Source: Thalia democratica (taxonomy: Eukaryota). Taken from it: DNA of 64,000 nt. The notes below the pieces were generated by a model, which did not search any database, had not been told where the DNA came from, and saw only the letters and a program-made list of their open reading frames with translations. Location of the stretch: positions 58,032,001-58,096,000 of the forward strand of contig OZ241832.1 of the NCBI GenBank assembly GCA_965202585.1, written 5' to 3'. Positions 37,022 to 48,841 of this stretch are shown one piece after another. A program made the position numbers and the translations under genes. Position 1 is the first letter of the stretch. Every line of letters starts with the position of its first letter.

Positions 37022-37690
37022 TAGAGCCGGGCAACGTTTTTCAATCAACAGGCCAGATCTGAAAATATTTAGCCTTTTGTGGGCAGGAGCATTTGAATTA
37101 GTTATTTATTGGATCCACTTGAATAATGACTTTTTAGATCCAAATCTGACTGGATACTAATTTTAAGTCAAGATCCAGATCCAGTCGGATTCTAATTAAA
37201 ATATAAGTTTTGGATCTGGCCGGAAACTAGTTATATTGATACAGTGAATTACTTTTTTGAATCCCTAAAATTCACTAATCTTTCTGTAATCTGACAACTT
37301 AAGATATATATTGAGACATGTCAGATGTTAAAGCAATGTCTATAAATATAATTGACATTGTAATTGACAAAGGTACGCATGTAAAATATTGTACTTAAAA
37401 AAACACTTTGCTTGGGGTAGTTTGACAAAACGATATTCCAACTAAGTTAGAACAACACAAAATATTAGGACAAAATGGTATATTTATTAGTACACATTAA
37501 TTTACAAAGTCATTTTTTAGCATGTTTTTAAGTCAAATTCCTACAGTTTTGACTTGTATAAATATGATGCAAAGTTTTATAAACACTTTGTAATATTGCC
37601 TCTTTGCTGGTCTGCCACTTTGCTTGCGGGCCGGTCATTTTCACTCTGCGGGCTGGATACAGCCCGCAGGCCATACATTGCCCACCCCTA
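37022..37690. mobile_element. hAT (Charlie-like) MITE with a GATCC-rich insert
   Basis: Right end gcgggccgg...cagcccgcaggcc...ttgcccaccccta is typical of Charlie-type MITEs; left end tagagccgggcaac is an imperfect inverted partner. Confidence 0.55.
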
Positions 37691-38299
37691 TTTTAGTAAA
37701 TAAAAAAAACCTTAGGGACACACCATTTGGATAACTCTCACAAGGCTAAAATCTCAACACCAAAAACCACAAAGTGTGTGAAAATCATGAAGCTCAAGCT
37801 CCCAAGCAAGTACTCCTACAAAAATTCACACCAACCAATCTAACCATGTGATCTATATCACCAGAGTGAACTCACAATCAGTTGTTGAAAACACACATTA
37901 AACTATTATTGAAATAAATACATTAACATTTAATGATATTTTTAACCTGTTAAAGAACTATTCTTCTCTAAGTTACACAGAAAAAAATTGAAAACTTAAA
38001 AGAGAAATTGAAGTTTCTTAAACTTGAATACAAAAAATAAAATTTAGTCTAACACAAGTAAAAAAAAATAGTTGTGTAAGGATAAATACATAAATGCAGT
38101 TAACAGATAAGTACAACAAACTGTAAAACAGCAAATAAACAATTATGCAAAATAAATATTTTTTCTTATCAACAGACCAAAACTAGCTTACCATAAATTA
38201 GGGTAAGCACACATAAAACTGACCATACATACATTGAAATTAACAGGTGACAAATACTGACTAAAACCAACTAAGAAGTGTCAGCATGTTACTTAAATT

Positions 38300-38850
38300 A
38301 CACAATCAGAGCATTCCATACTTAATCAGTATACTGGCTGAACAAAAATTTCTGTAACTGTATTTAACTGATCCTTTTTTATGGTTTGAAAAATTCCGGA
38401 ACAATATATCACAACTTGGGACCCAAATACCTGAAGGAGGCCCTGTTCTAGGTCTTTCAATTAAAACATATATGATTTTTGAATGTCTGGTATTGTTTGT
38501 ATGAACCATATTTACTGGAGTAAACTAACTCAAATTCTCCCAAAGTATTTAGTATCAACTTTAAAACTTGCAAATTAAACACCTCATTAAGTTTCAAAAT
38601 ACCTGTTTTAGCAAACAAGGAATTTGTTGGAGTCAATGCAGTCACTCAACTAAAAAATTTTTCTTTTAATAGTTCTTTTTTGCATACTAATAATTGTCTT
38701 CAAATAACAACTAGCAGCACCAGCACAAGAAGATAAATAATAGTGGGTACTGGAACTTAAATTTATTTACAACATCATATTCTTTTTGGCAAAGTTGAAA
38801 TGACACTAATAGTAGCAGTTAAATAGACATTAATAAGAAACAAAAACAAT
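38300..38850 (-). mobile_element. Decayed LINE (CR1/L2 group) ORF2 3' fragment
   Basis: Frameshifted peptides LKTIISMQKRTIK, TNSLFAKTGILKLNEVFNLQVLK and HTNNTRHSK...ERPRT match the post-RT C-terminus of L2/Crack/Daphne LINEs. Confidence 0.7.
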
Positions 38851-40985
38851 TCCTTTTGTAGTCCTGGTATGTATGAAAAATTAACATAGAACCTAAAAGA
38901 GTAACATCAACATATAAATAAATGTTGTCTTAAATGTATTATAAAACTTGGTCATAGGGGAATAAATCTTTTTTACAGTTTTACAATAGGTATGATATGT
39001 AAGTAAGTAGCGTAAAACAGAAAAAAAAAGCTTACTTTATTAAAAACTTCTCTTCACCTACAATTTTTAAATGTCATGCTTTTTAAACTTTCTTGATCTA
39101 ATCTTCATTGAATTTTTAGTGTCTGCGTAGAAGATTAAAAAGAGTTAGAAATTTTTTTTTAAGTAATAATTATTATTTGTATTCATAAAACACCTCAATT
39201 TTATGTTTTAACTGCTATAATTCAGTTATTTAAAGACAGGCAATTAACAATTCCTTTAATGTTTATGGTTTTTAGTATATAATACCTAGAAGTAGATAAA
39301 GTTTTAGTGATTTTTTGTTTAAAAAAAACAAGTCTTAAAAAGTTATTTTTTATACATGTTTAACAGAAAAATTTTATAAAACTGACTATATTTTAGAAAA
39401 CAATTCAAATTCTTTTGTTCTTTAAAAAACTATCTCAGAATGTTTTTTTCTTTTGGCACCCTTGTGTATTATTACGACCAATTGTAAAAAACAATGTGGA
39501 CCATTTGACTTAATTTAAGAAACAGTGTTGGTATATGTAAAAAGAAAGTCTTGTTTTGAATATTAAATAGTTGACTCTACTGTTTAGTAGTACAGTACTA
39601 TTAACAGATATAAAACTGCTTACACAATATAACACTGCAACCTTTTAATTTGTGTTATTTTATTTGTAAAAAAATGTATATTATGGTATTTTTTATTTAA
39701 ACTGTAATAAAGTTTGAAAAGTGCAAATTTTTTTAAGTATATTAAGATAAAGATGTTGTTCATTTGCTGCAATCCAGTGTTGTAACTTTTTATTAAACTT
39801 TCTTCATTTTTTTATTAAAATATATCATGTCTATTGGTACTTATATTTGGCATTAATCAACAGTCCTATTAGTTTAGTTTTATAAACAGTAATTTAAAGC
39901 CCTTAAATAAATAGAATTTAATTTTTATAATCAGGATGTATAAGTATTGCTTTTAATAAGTGTTTTTTATCTTAACAATATGTTTTATTTTACAACTAAG
40001 TATTAAATATGTAGTGTTTGATTTAGCAAAACATTATTTTTTTTAGTAAGAATTGAAAAGTGTTTTTATAACATTAATAAAGTAGTTTTTATAAAATACT
40101 TTTAGTATTAATCTTCAAAGTATAGTTTTTAAGCTTAAACAGTGTTAAAAAGAATAACAAGGTTTATAAGTTAAAAATTTGTTAATAAAAATCAAATTTT
40201 TTATAGTTCATTGAAACATTTAAAAAAATATTCTAAAGGTTAGTTTACAAGCTTGTGTTTATTGGAGATATCAATCATAGCTTTTGTTTATTTTATAGTT
40301 TATGTTCAAAGTTATTAACAATTAGGCTAACTTATGCTAAGCTTAATCTTTTAATTTTTTCAATACATTTTCTAGTTATTTTGCTTTAGTGTTAGTTTTT
40401 TTGTATTGTTTTTATAATTTCTAAAATTCAACCTTATTAACTGTAAAACTCTCAATTTTTTACTTGAAGTATTACTATCTTAAGTTTCATCTTATAAACT
40501 GAAAGTAGGTTTTTACTTGCTTTTTTGCTTTGATAGTATTACTGCTTTAATTTTTATTTTGTCTCTCTCAGTAATGAGTTCTTATTTAGTAACTTTAAAA
40601 TTGGTAGTGTAGCAGTTTTGCTATGTGTATCTTCTCTAATAATTGAAATTCATTAGTTGTTTTACATAGTTTTACATCTTATTTTTTACAAAATTACTAC
40701 AATATATTTAAAGTAAAGCCATTGATATTAAACTTTTTAGTATTTTACTTATATTTTGTTTTTATTAATTGATTTCAAAAACTCAGGCTAGTTTTAGGTA
40801 GCACAGTCTGGTGCCTCTTTTTCAAAAAGCGGCAATCTTGTAATATGTTTAAAGTATTAAAAACTTCTGAATAAAATTAATTAATTGAAAACCCTATAAT
40901 AGTATATTTTTGATTAAATTACATAAAATAATTAATTTTTGATCAAAGCAATTATAGTTTGTGAAGACCTTTTAGGGGCATGTAA

Positions 40986-41605
40986 CAAGGTTGCCACTCA
41001 CTTAAGATGTTTCTTTTAAATTCAGGCTAACTAAGTTTTAAGATTTTTACAAAACCTTAGGACATATTTTTTCTAGATTTTGATTGAGATTCAGTTTATG
41101 TAGTTTCAATATTTAGTTATTTTATAATTAATTTTTTAAAAGAACTAGATTTTTAACAAATTTGAAAAGTAAAAACCTTATTTGAAAAAACTCAGGAAAA
41201 TTTTAAGGTCACTCAGGACAGCTTTTTTGACTAAAAGAGCAACAACCATGATGTAAGTTATACCTTGAACACAGTTTTATGTCATACACAGTTGCCACAA
41301 ACTCAGAATAACTCAGATATTTTGAAGTTTTGAAAATCTCAGGACAACTCAGGATTTTTTGATTTTTTTTAAACTCAAGATTGAATACATCTTCATAATA
41401 TCAGGGGAGTTTTTTTTGTAGATTTAAATGTGACTTAGTTGATTTAGTTTAAATTTTTTTCTTTGCAACCATTTTAGTTGAAGAAATATTTTATTTTTGA
41501 AATAAAAAACAAAGAATTTTTTAGCGTTTGAAAAAATTCAAGATTACTCAAGACAGTTTTTGGTCACTCAGGATAGTTTTTTTGACTCATAGAGTGGCAA
41601 CCCTG
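40986..41605. mobile_element. Second hAT-like MITE (probably two tandem copies) just upstream of the ELL coding exon
   Basis: CAAGGTTGCCACTC / GAGTGGCAACCCTG inverted ends (13/14 match); repeated actcagga and ggtcactcagga blocks inside. Confidence 0.55.
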
Positions 41606-41911
41606 GTCATATAAATAAATGTTGCTTTACAAATTACTTTTACTTTTAGTTTTAAGTCAGATTTATTATTTCGATACAAAAAACTTACCCTTAAAGACCT
41701 TTCACATATTACTGCTGATTTGCAATACATTTTTTTTGTAAACATTACTTCATGCTGGAAGTATATAATGCTTTTTGAATAGTTATAGTATAGTACAAGT
41801 TTTAAATTAAATATATATTATATAGATATTTTTACTTCAAAAATGTTTTCTCACTAACAATCACCACAATCTGATTTTTTTGCAGAGTTTTTCCGTAACT
41901 AAATTTATAAA

Positions 41912-44208
41912 ATGAAGGATAAAAAAGTTCATGAAAAGTTCCCAAGCGCAGAGCTGGAGCAGTGCGTCAAAAGACCCATCCTTATTGAAGAGGTGGCGAG
42001 AAAAGCACAGCTGAAAATAACAGAGGCGTGCGAGGACGCCATACTGACCCACCTGCAGTGCAAAGACCCCAGCAAAAAAATCAAAATCAAACTGAACAAC
42101 GGAAAACTGCAGCTGGTCTTCAAAGGCAACGGCAAGGAGAAAAAGTTTGAGCTCAACGAGAGCGAGCAGACAAAAATACTGAACGTTTGGAAGTCACACT
42201 TTGTCGTGGGAACGTGCTCTGTGCTGAAGGACATCGGCTCAGTCCAGCACAAAGTTCAGGTCAGGGGAAACAACGAGGCTTTTCTGTCCACTAAAAAGAA
42301 GGTCAAGTGCGCGGAGGCGGAGTCCAAGAAGGTGACAATGAAAGTTTTGAAGGGGAAGGTGGGCAAGAAGAGCCAGATGAAGTCAAAGGTTGTCAGGACA
42401 ACCAAGCATCTGGTGCCCACTGAAGTTGAAAAAGACTCACCTTTGTCTAATTCATTTGGTGGTTTGCAGTTTCCCACCATCAAAAGGCCTGTTAGTTTGA
42501 TAAAAAACTTGAATGCAAGCTTGCCAGTTAGCAGGAAGAGGAAAGGAGGGTTGGACACAAAACTGAAAAGATTTGAGAGCCACCTGAGGGCGCAAAACTC
42601 CGGCTACCCGCTTGCCAAAGTCAAAAAGCTCGAGTCAGAATTGCTGAATCACCCAGCTACAAAAAAGAAGACCATCCCAAAAAGTCCTCAAAACGCGACG
42701 CAGAACGCCAGCCTGATGAAAAGGCAGCTGTGCCACCTGGCCATAGTGCGACCCACTTCAAGGAGAAACCTGATGGACAAGCTGAAGCGGCTGAAGACGG
42801 AGAAGCCCTGGTCTTTCAAGGAAACCGACAAGCAGAACTTGATCAACAGGTGTTTGGAAGAAGTGTGCACCCTGATACCTGAAACTCTTCAGTACTGTCT
42901 GAAGAAGCAGTACTACTGTTTTGTGTCTGCTGATTGGCCAGAGTACACTCCGCAGAACAAGAAGATTGTCAAAAAGAAGCTGAATGAGTACTTTTCTTCC
43001 AAAGAAGTGAAACAGGAGATCAAAGAAGAAGTTGAAGATGAAATGCCTAAGAAAGCTTCTGCAAAGACTCTGCCCAAAAAAGCTTCAACAAAGGCTCTAC
43101 CCAAAAAATCTTCATCAAAGGCTTTGCCTAAAAAATCTTCATCAAAGTCCAAGAGTAACTCTGACAACTCGCCCAAAACTTACAGCAATGACTTTCTATC
43201 TAAGAACTTTGGCAGTTTTCTTGACTCCGCTTCCAAACCTGTGGAAAAGACAAAGTACAAAAAAAAGCAGTTTATCTCAAAAGTGCAAGCCAAGAAAAAT
43301 GCTATTGGTTTTGATGAAACTGGTAGTTCTAGCCAAAGCAGCTCTCAGTCGTCTAGTGTAAACAGCATGAATGAAAAGAGTGCAGATCATATTGATGTTG
43401 TTGAAAAAACACCCTCTCAAAATAATTTTGCTACAACAGATTCAGTATTACCATCTGCAAATGTCCAAAGCAACAAAGTAAATGAAAATGTTCAAAGGAA
43501 AAAACAAAGTGTCCACGTAGAAGAAATGATGTCAACGGCTTGCACTAGCAAAGAAGTCATGACTGAGACGACAATTGACAATCTTGTAGAATGCAGTATG
43601 GATTCGAGTGAGCTGTCACCTGAAACAAACAAGATGACAGTTGAAACAAGCGAAGAAACCATCACCAACACTCCCTCTGAAGTCACAAGCAGCCAAACCT
43701 CCCAATCAAGCATGAGTCCCACTAAGAAGGTCAAAAGCAAAGGAAAGCTCAACAACATAATTAAAAAGATCACTCAAAACCTGCATCTGAACGCCAATGA
43801 AGCCAGTCAAAACAACAGTGAACGGACGTGGGAATTTTTGACGAGGCAGCCATCAGCACATGTCTCCAAGGAAAGTAAAATAAATAAAGTGAACAACTTC
43901 ACGCAGCTCCTTTCACCAGCTGTATCCAGCCAAAGTAAAACTAAACCCACCAGAAAAAGCCAAAACAGTGCGCTTTCACCAAGTGATCAAACCAGTCCTT
44001 GCACCACAAACGGCCACCAGAGCCTCCCTTCAAAGCCAAGCTCGCCCGAAATACCTCCAGAGAAAATGATCAGCAAAAGGATAAATGAACTGGAGCAATC
44101 AAACCATGATCCAACGAGGGAAGATTTCACTGAGATTGAAAACTTGGATCAGTATTTGGACTACAGGAACTGGTTTAACAAGGAGCATCCAACGTATAAC
44201 AATTACAG
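41912..44208 (+). CDS. ELL: RNA polymerase II elongation factor ELL, coding exon 1 (N-terminal ELL domain, central winged-helix-like region, S/K-rich linker, start of occludin/ELL domain)
   Basis: Recognised similarity to ELL: LKITEACEDA (VKLTDSAL), IGSVQHKVQV...KCAEAESK (LGSIQDKITV...AQAEEETR), HLAIVRP...DWPEY (HLLALRP...DWPGY), YRNWFNKEHPTY (YKNDFNAEYNEY). Donor AG|gtattt at 44209; acceptor tgcag just upstream of the ATG. Confidence 0.88.
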
Positions 44209-44473
44209 GTATTTATTATTATTATTTGTTGTATTTTATGTTTTGTATAAAAATTAAGAATTTTGCCCGGGAAAGTTGTTTCAGCGCTCTAAAAGCTTAT
44301 TTCAGCCAAGTTTTTTATTTAACAAAAAGCAATCTTATAAGTACAACAACAAAATTTTACAACATTGTATATTCCGTAATAACAGTAGTACATTTTAAAC
44401 AAAACTACCAACACAGTTTTAATATAAATTGTTTTGCATAATTCAATTTGTTTAATACTAATCAAATTTACAG

Positions 44474-44552
44474 GATCGAGTTTGAGAGGGGTAAAAACGA
44501 AATTGAGAACATTATGCTAATGAAGGAAGAGAATGGACTCACTGATGAACAG
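44474..44552 (+). CDS. ELL: ELL coding exon 2 (IEFERGKNEIENIMLMKEENGLTDEQ)
   Basis: cag / CAG|gttttt, 79 nt, phase 2 to 0, links exons 1 and 3 in frame. Confidence 0.8.
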
Positions 44553-45454
44553 GTTTTTGTATTTGTTATGTTGTAATTTTCTTTAAATAAAAATTTAAAA
44601 AGTTCCTAACTTATGTAGCTATAGGGAGACATCATATTTTCACAGATTTTTTAAAACAATTTAAAGTTTCACTCATAAAGCAAACTATAGTATATCATCA
44701 GTTGTTAAAACAATTCTTATTCAAGAAGAACAAAGTTTCAATTGAATAAAAAATATTATAAGAACTGATGATCTCTTTTAGTTTGCTAAAAAATAGAAAT
44801 ACTGTAGCGTTTGTAACAATTTACTAAACAAAATATACTTTATTTTACATGTAAGTTTGTATTATAGTTGTTTTTAGAGGATCAACAGTGTTGTTTTTTT
44901 TTTCATGTTTTTAGGTTGTATATTTTTTATTTGAGTACATAAGTAAAATTATGTTCTACATTTAATTTATATATATTTTCAAATCTTAATAAATAAGTGC
45001 TATGTAAATTTTTATGTTTAATTTCTATTTTATTTTTTTCCTTTTCTATAAAATACTAAACTCTAGCATAAAATATTTGTACATTATGTTGATAAATGAA
45101 AAGAATCACCAATAAATAGTGTTTTAATATTTTATTTTTTACAATTATATGCTTAAGTATTAAGTTTTTTGTTCATATATTGAAGTGTACAAGTATTTGT
45201 TATGAAAAATAGAATATATAGACTATAAGGTTCAATTAAGAATATTAATATTAAACGTTTTGGTTTTAGTAAATATTGCATTTTTCCTTTTAAGAGTGGC
45301 AACGCTGTTAAAACTTTATTATTAACTTTTTCAATTTTTCGTTCAACCTTTTTAATGGGTGGAAAGGGATTTATAAAAAATGTTAGCAATAAATTTTTTT
45401 CGATATCATCAATTTTTTTTTTGTTAAAAACACATTTAAAGTAACTTAATAGTA

Positions 45455-45604
45455 TATATTCAATTTTTTTATACTATACAACATTGTTTCTTACCTTAAA
45501 CTTAATTTTAAACTAAAAATCTACCAACAAAAGTGAACTTTTAAAAACCTTGAAGAAACTTAAAAAACCTGGAGAAAATTGGCCAAAAATACTTGGCAAC
45601 CCTG
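45455..45604 (-). mobile_element. hAT-like MITE family A, truncated end in ELL intron 2
   Basis: ...aaaacctggagaaaattggccaaaaatacttggcaaccctg is the reverse complement of the start of the 16352 element. Confidence 0.6.
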
Positions 45605-45690
45605 AACTAGCTATAAAACTTTACCATTGCGCTAAATAGTGTTATAAAAATCAAGTAGTTCTTTTAATAATTACTTCTTAATTTCAACAG

Positions 45691-45843
45691 ATGGAAAGAG
45701 ATTTCAAGCCTTCGTTCACGAGAGAGTACTTCGTTGGTATGCAAATAAAATACATTAAACTACACCACAAGCTAGATAGGCTGAAGAAAATTATTGTAAA
45801 GTACGAAGATGACAATGAGTTCCAGGAATTATCTATTATTTGA
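45691..45843 (+). CDS. ELL: ELL last exon (MERDFKPSF...KYIKLHHKLDRLKKIIVKYEDDNEFQELSII*)
   Basis: LHHKLDRLKKIIVKYE matches the occludin/ELL C-terminal LHxKLxHIKxLIxEYD; acceptor caacag; TGA stop. Total about 842 aa. Confidence 0.88.
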   Translation: MERDFKPSFTREYFVGMQIKYIKLHHKLDRLKKIIVKYEDDNEFQELSII

Positions 45844-48462
45844 AAATTGTGTAAACTGAAACTTTTAAAAATAAGTTGTTGAGTTTTTTCTGATCGTTAG
45901 TGGCTTAAACTTTTGACGTTTTCTAAATATAAGCATTTGATCTAAAACTTGTGTATTACATAAAATAATAAATAATTGTGAAATATGAAGATTACAATGA
46001 ATTCCAAGAATTATCTATTATTTGAAAATTGTGTAAATGTTAAAATTGAAAAATACAATAAAAATTTAAAAGTTAAGTTTGAAAATTGTGTAAACTAATA
46101 CTTTTAAAAATAAGTTGTTGAGTTTTTTTCTGATCGTTAGTGGCTTAAACTTTTGACGTTTTCTAAATATAAGCATTTGTTCTAAAACTTGTGTATTACA
46201 TAAAATAATTGTGAAATATGAAGATTACAATGAATTCCAAGAATTATCTATTATTTGAAAATTGAACTCAATGTTAAAATTGAAAAATACAATAAAAATT
46301 TTAAAGCTAAGTTTTTAAAATATATTTGTGGCTTAAAATTTTGGCGTTTTCTGAATATAAAGACTCGTTCTAAAACTTGTGTACTGTGTAAAAGAGAAGT
46401 TTTAAAATTATTTTCAAAAGGAAGTTTTATAATTAACTTCGCTTTTAATTAAATAGTTATTGTGTTTTGCAAAACGTATGTAAACAAAATTTACTTTGGA
46501 AACAATTAATTGTAACTTACATAGATTTGTCCTCAGCTTTCTGTTCTATAGTAAATTAGTTATCTTTTAGCATTTTAATATTATAAATATTGTTTTGTCT
46601 CTCTAAATTAGGCTAACTTGAGCAAAACTCATGTAAAGTTTAAATGAGTAATATGCTTTGCTTTTTAAAATAAATCCAAGTTATAATATAGAAAATTGTC
46701 ACTTTTAGAAAATGTTTGTTTAAATATAATTTACTTCAGCTTTTGATTTTTTTGCAACATAAATATTGCTTTTGTACTAGCAGAACTTCTAAAAAGTTTA
46801 TTTAAATTTTATAAAGTATAAAAAATTATGTGATTTTTTTTTTGTTTCATTTGAACGTTTTGTTATTTTTGTTTAATTTTTGTTATTTTTATTCACATTG
46901 ATTTTTTAGAAAGCACATAATTATTTATGCATGGAATTTCGCACCATAGTGGTAATACTTAAAAAATGTTTGTTGATTTTTATTAGTAAGTAATCCGCAG
47001 TGCATTATTGTAAACCACTATAGAATTTTGTGAATCAGTTAAACTTTTTCTTTACTTGTTTTTTTGTCTGATTTCGCCTTCAAAGTTTAATTTTATGATG
47101 GTACATGCTAAGATTACTTTTTTATAGTGACATTATTTTTTGGTTGCTTTTTTGTAAGCAACTTTTTTATAGCAAATTTTCATAGAATATTAAGAATAGA
47201 TGAATTCAAGTTTATGCATTGATATGTATTTATACATTGTTTTATACCTCTGGTTAAATTGTTTGTTTGTACTCACTAGAATACTAAGTCATTCTTTTGA
47301 GTTTCCTTAAGGTAAAATTTGAATTAAAATAATTTAAGTTGAACTAATAATTTTTGAGATTAAAGTTTGAACTGTCTTTTTTTTATCTGATTTTAAGTAA
47401 ACCTAGGTGCAAGTGTATTGAAAATGGTTATTAACAACTTGTGTAGCGTTCAAGCAATACATTTTGTTAATTCCTTAATATATTTCATTAATTTAGTAAA
47501 TAAAAATACTTTAGAACAATATACAATTTTTCAATAGTACATTAGCCTCTTTTTAAAGTAAATCTGAGATTACAAAAAAATGTGTTTTTGTTTATTCTAA
47601 ACTGTTAAAAATTATGTTGCGTTTCACAATACTAATAAAACTGAATTTTTTTACAATACCAATAACGTCATGATGAAGTAGAAAGTAAGTATGAGTTAAA
47701 CTAAGTTGTATAAATGATAATTAATTTTTATTTAAAATGGGTTTATTGACTGTTTGAAATGAATATTTTTGAGTAAGTATGAAGTTAAAAAGCTTGTTTT
47801 ATTTAATGAGACAATTTTAATATCTGTGTGTTTTTGAAGAGTTTTCAATTAAAACTTTTAACAAAAATAGCTTGTATTAGTATATTTATTTTAGCCTTCG
47901 TTACTCTTTTATTAACTTCATATAAATGTTTAATTTATTACTTCGGAGTATATTTTTACTTTAATATTTAGAATAGTGATCTTTCAGAATTTTTCAACAC
48001 AAATACTCAGAATATCAAAAAATTGTACTTTTTGTAAAATACGTTAAATTATAGTATTACTTAGTTTATCATTTCTTAAAAAGATAATATAATCTTACCA
48101 TAAAAAACAATAGGTGATCTAACAGATCCAAAAAATTGTATCAACCGACCAGATCACGATCCGAATTTAATTTTTTAATCAAGTAAATTTTCCCGTGTAA
48201 CTTTCAAAGCTACCCTCAATTACGCCTAAGACCATTGCAATTATTTGTTTCGTCCAAAATTGTAGTTTAAGTAATTAAGTCTGCTGTATATCACACTTTA
48301 AAATTTTCAGCTTACTTCTAAGTAATTTTTCTTTTTAAAACTTATGAAGCTATTTGTCAGAGATTTGAACATTTGTTGTTATAAAAAGAGTCCTAAGTAG
48401 AGACAGTTGTATACAATACAATTTATATTGTCATTTGATACACAATTGCAGGAACAATAGTA

Positions 48463-48841
48463 CAGGGTTACCACTTTACCTAGAAAAACCTTGAAAAAAT
48501 CTAGAATTTGACTAATTAGGCAAAAAAAATCCTGGAATTTCAAACTATATTCACTAAAAAACCTGGAATTTTAACAATTTTCACATGTTTAATAGAGAAT
48601 TTCGATTTGTCTCAAAAAATCTATCATATAAATAAAAAATTTTTGTCATTATCAAAATTTATATTTAAAAAAAAACATGTTTAAAGTAGCTTTACAGTAT
48701 CTTTTCAATGTTTTTATACTATTAAACACAGTTTCTTACTTTTAAACTAACTATAAATATACCTAAAAATGTGTACTTTTAAAAACCTGGAAAAAATTTG
48801 GAAAACATTAAAAAAAATTGAAAAAACTTGTGGCAACCCTG
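48463..48841 (-). mobile_element. hAT-like MITE family A, inverted copy
   Basis: CAGGGTTACCA...TGGCAACCCTG ends; the interior is the reverse complement of the 16352 element. Confidence 0.75.

Noticed and set aside
41861-44441. Several antisense and alternate-frame ORFs over ELL
   Set aside because: Expected shadows of a long GC-richer exon; ELL homology is confined to the 41912 frame.
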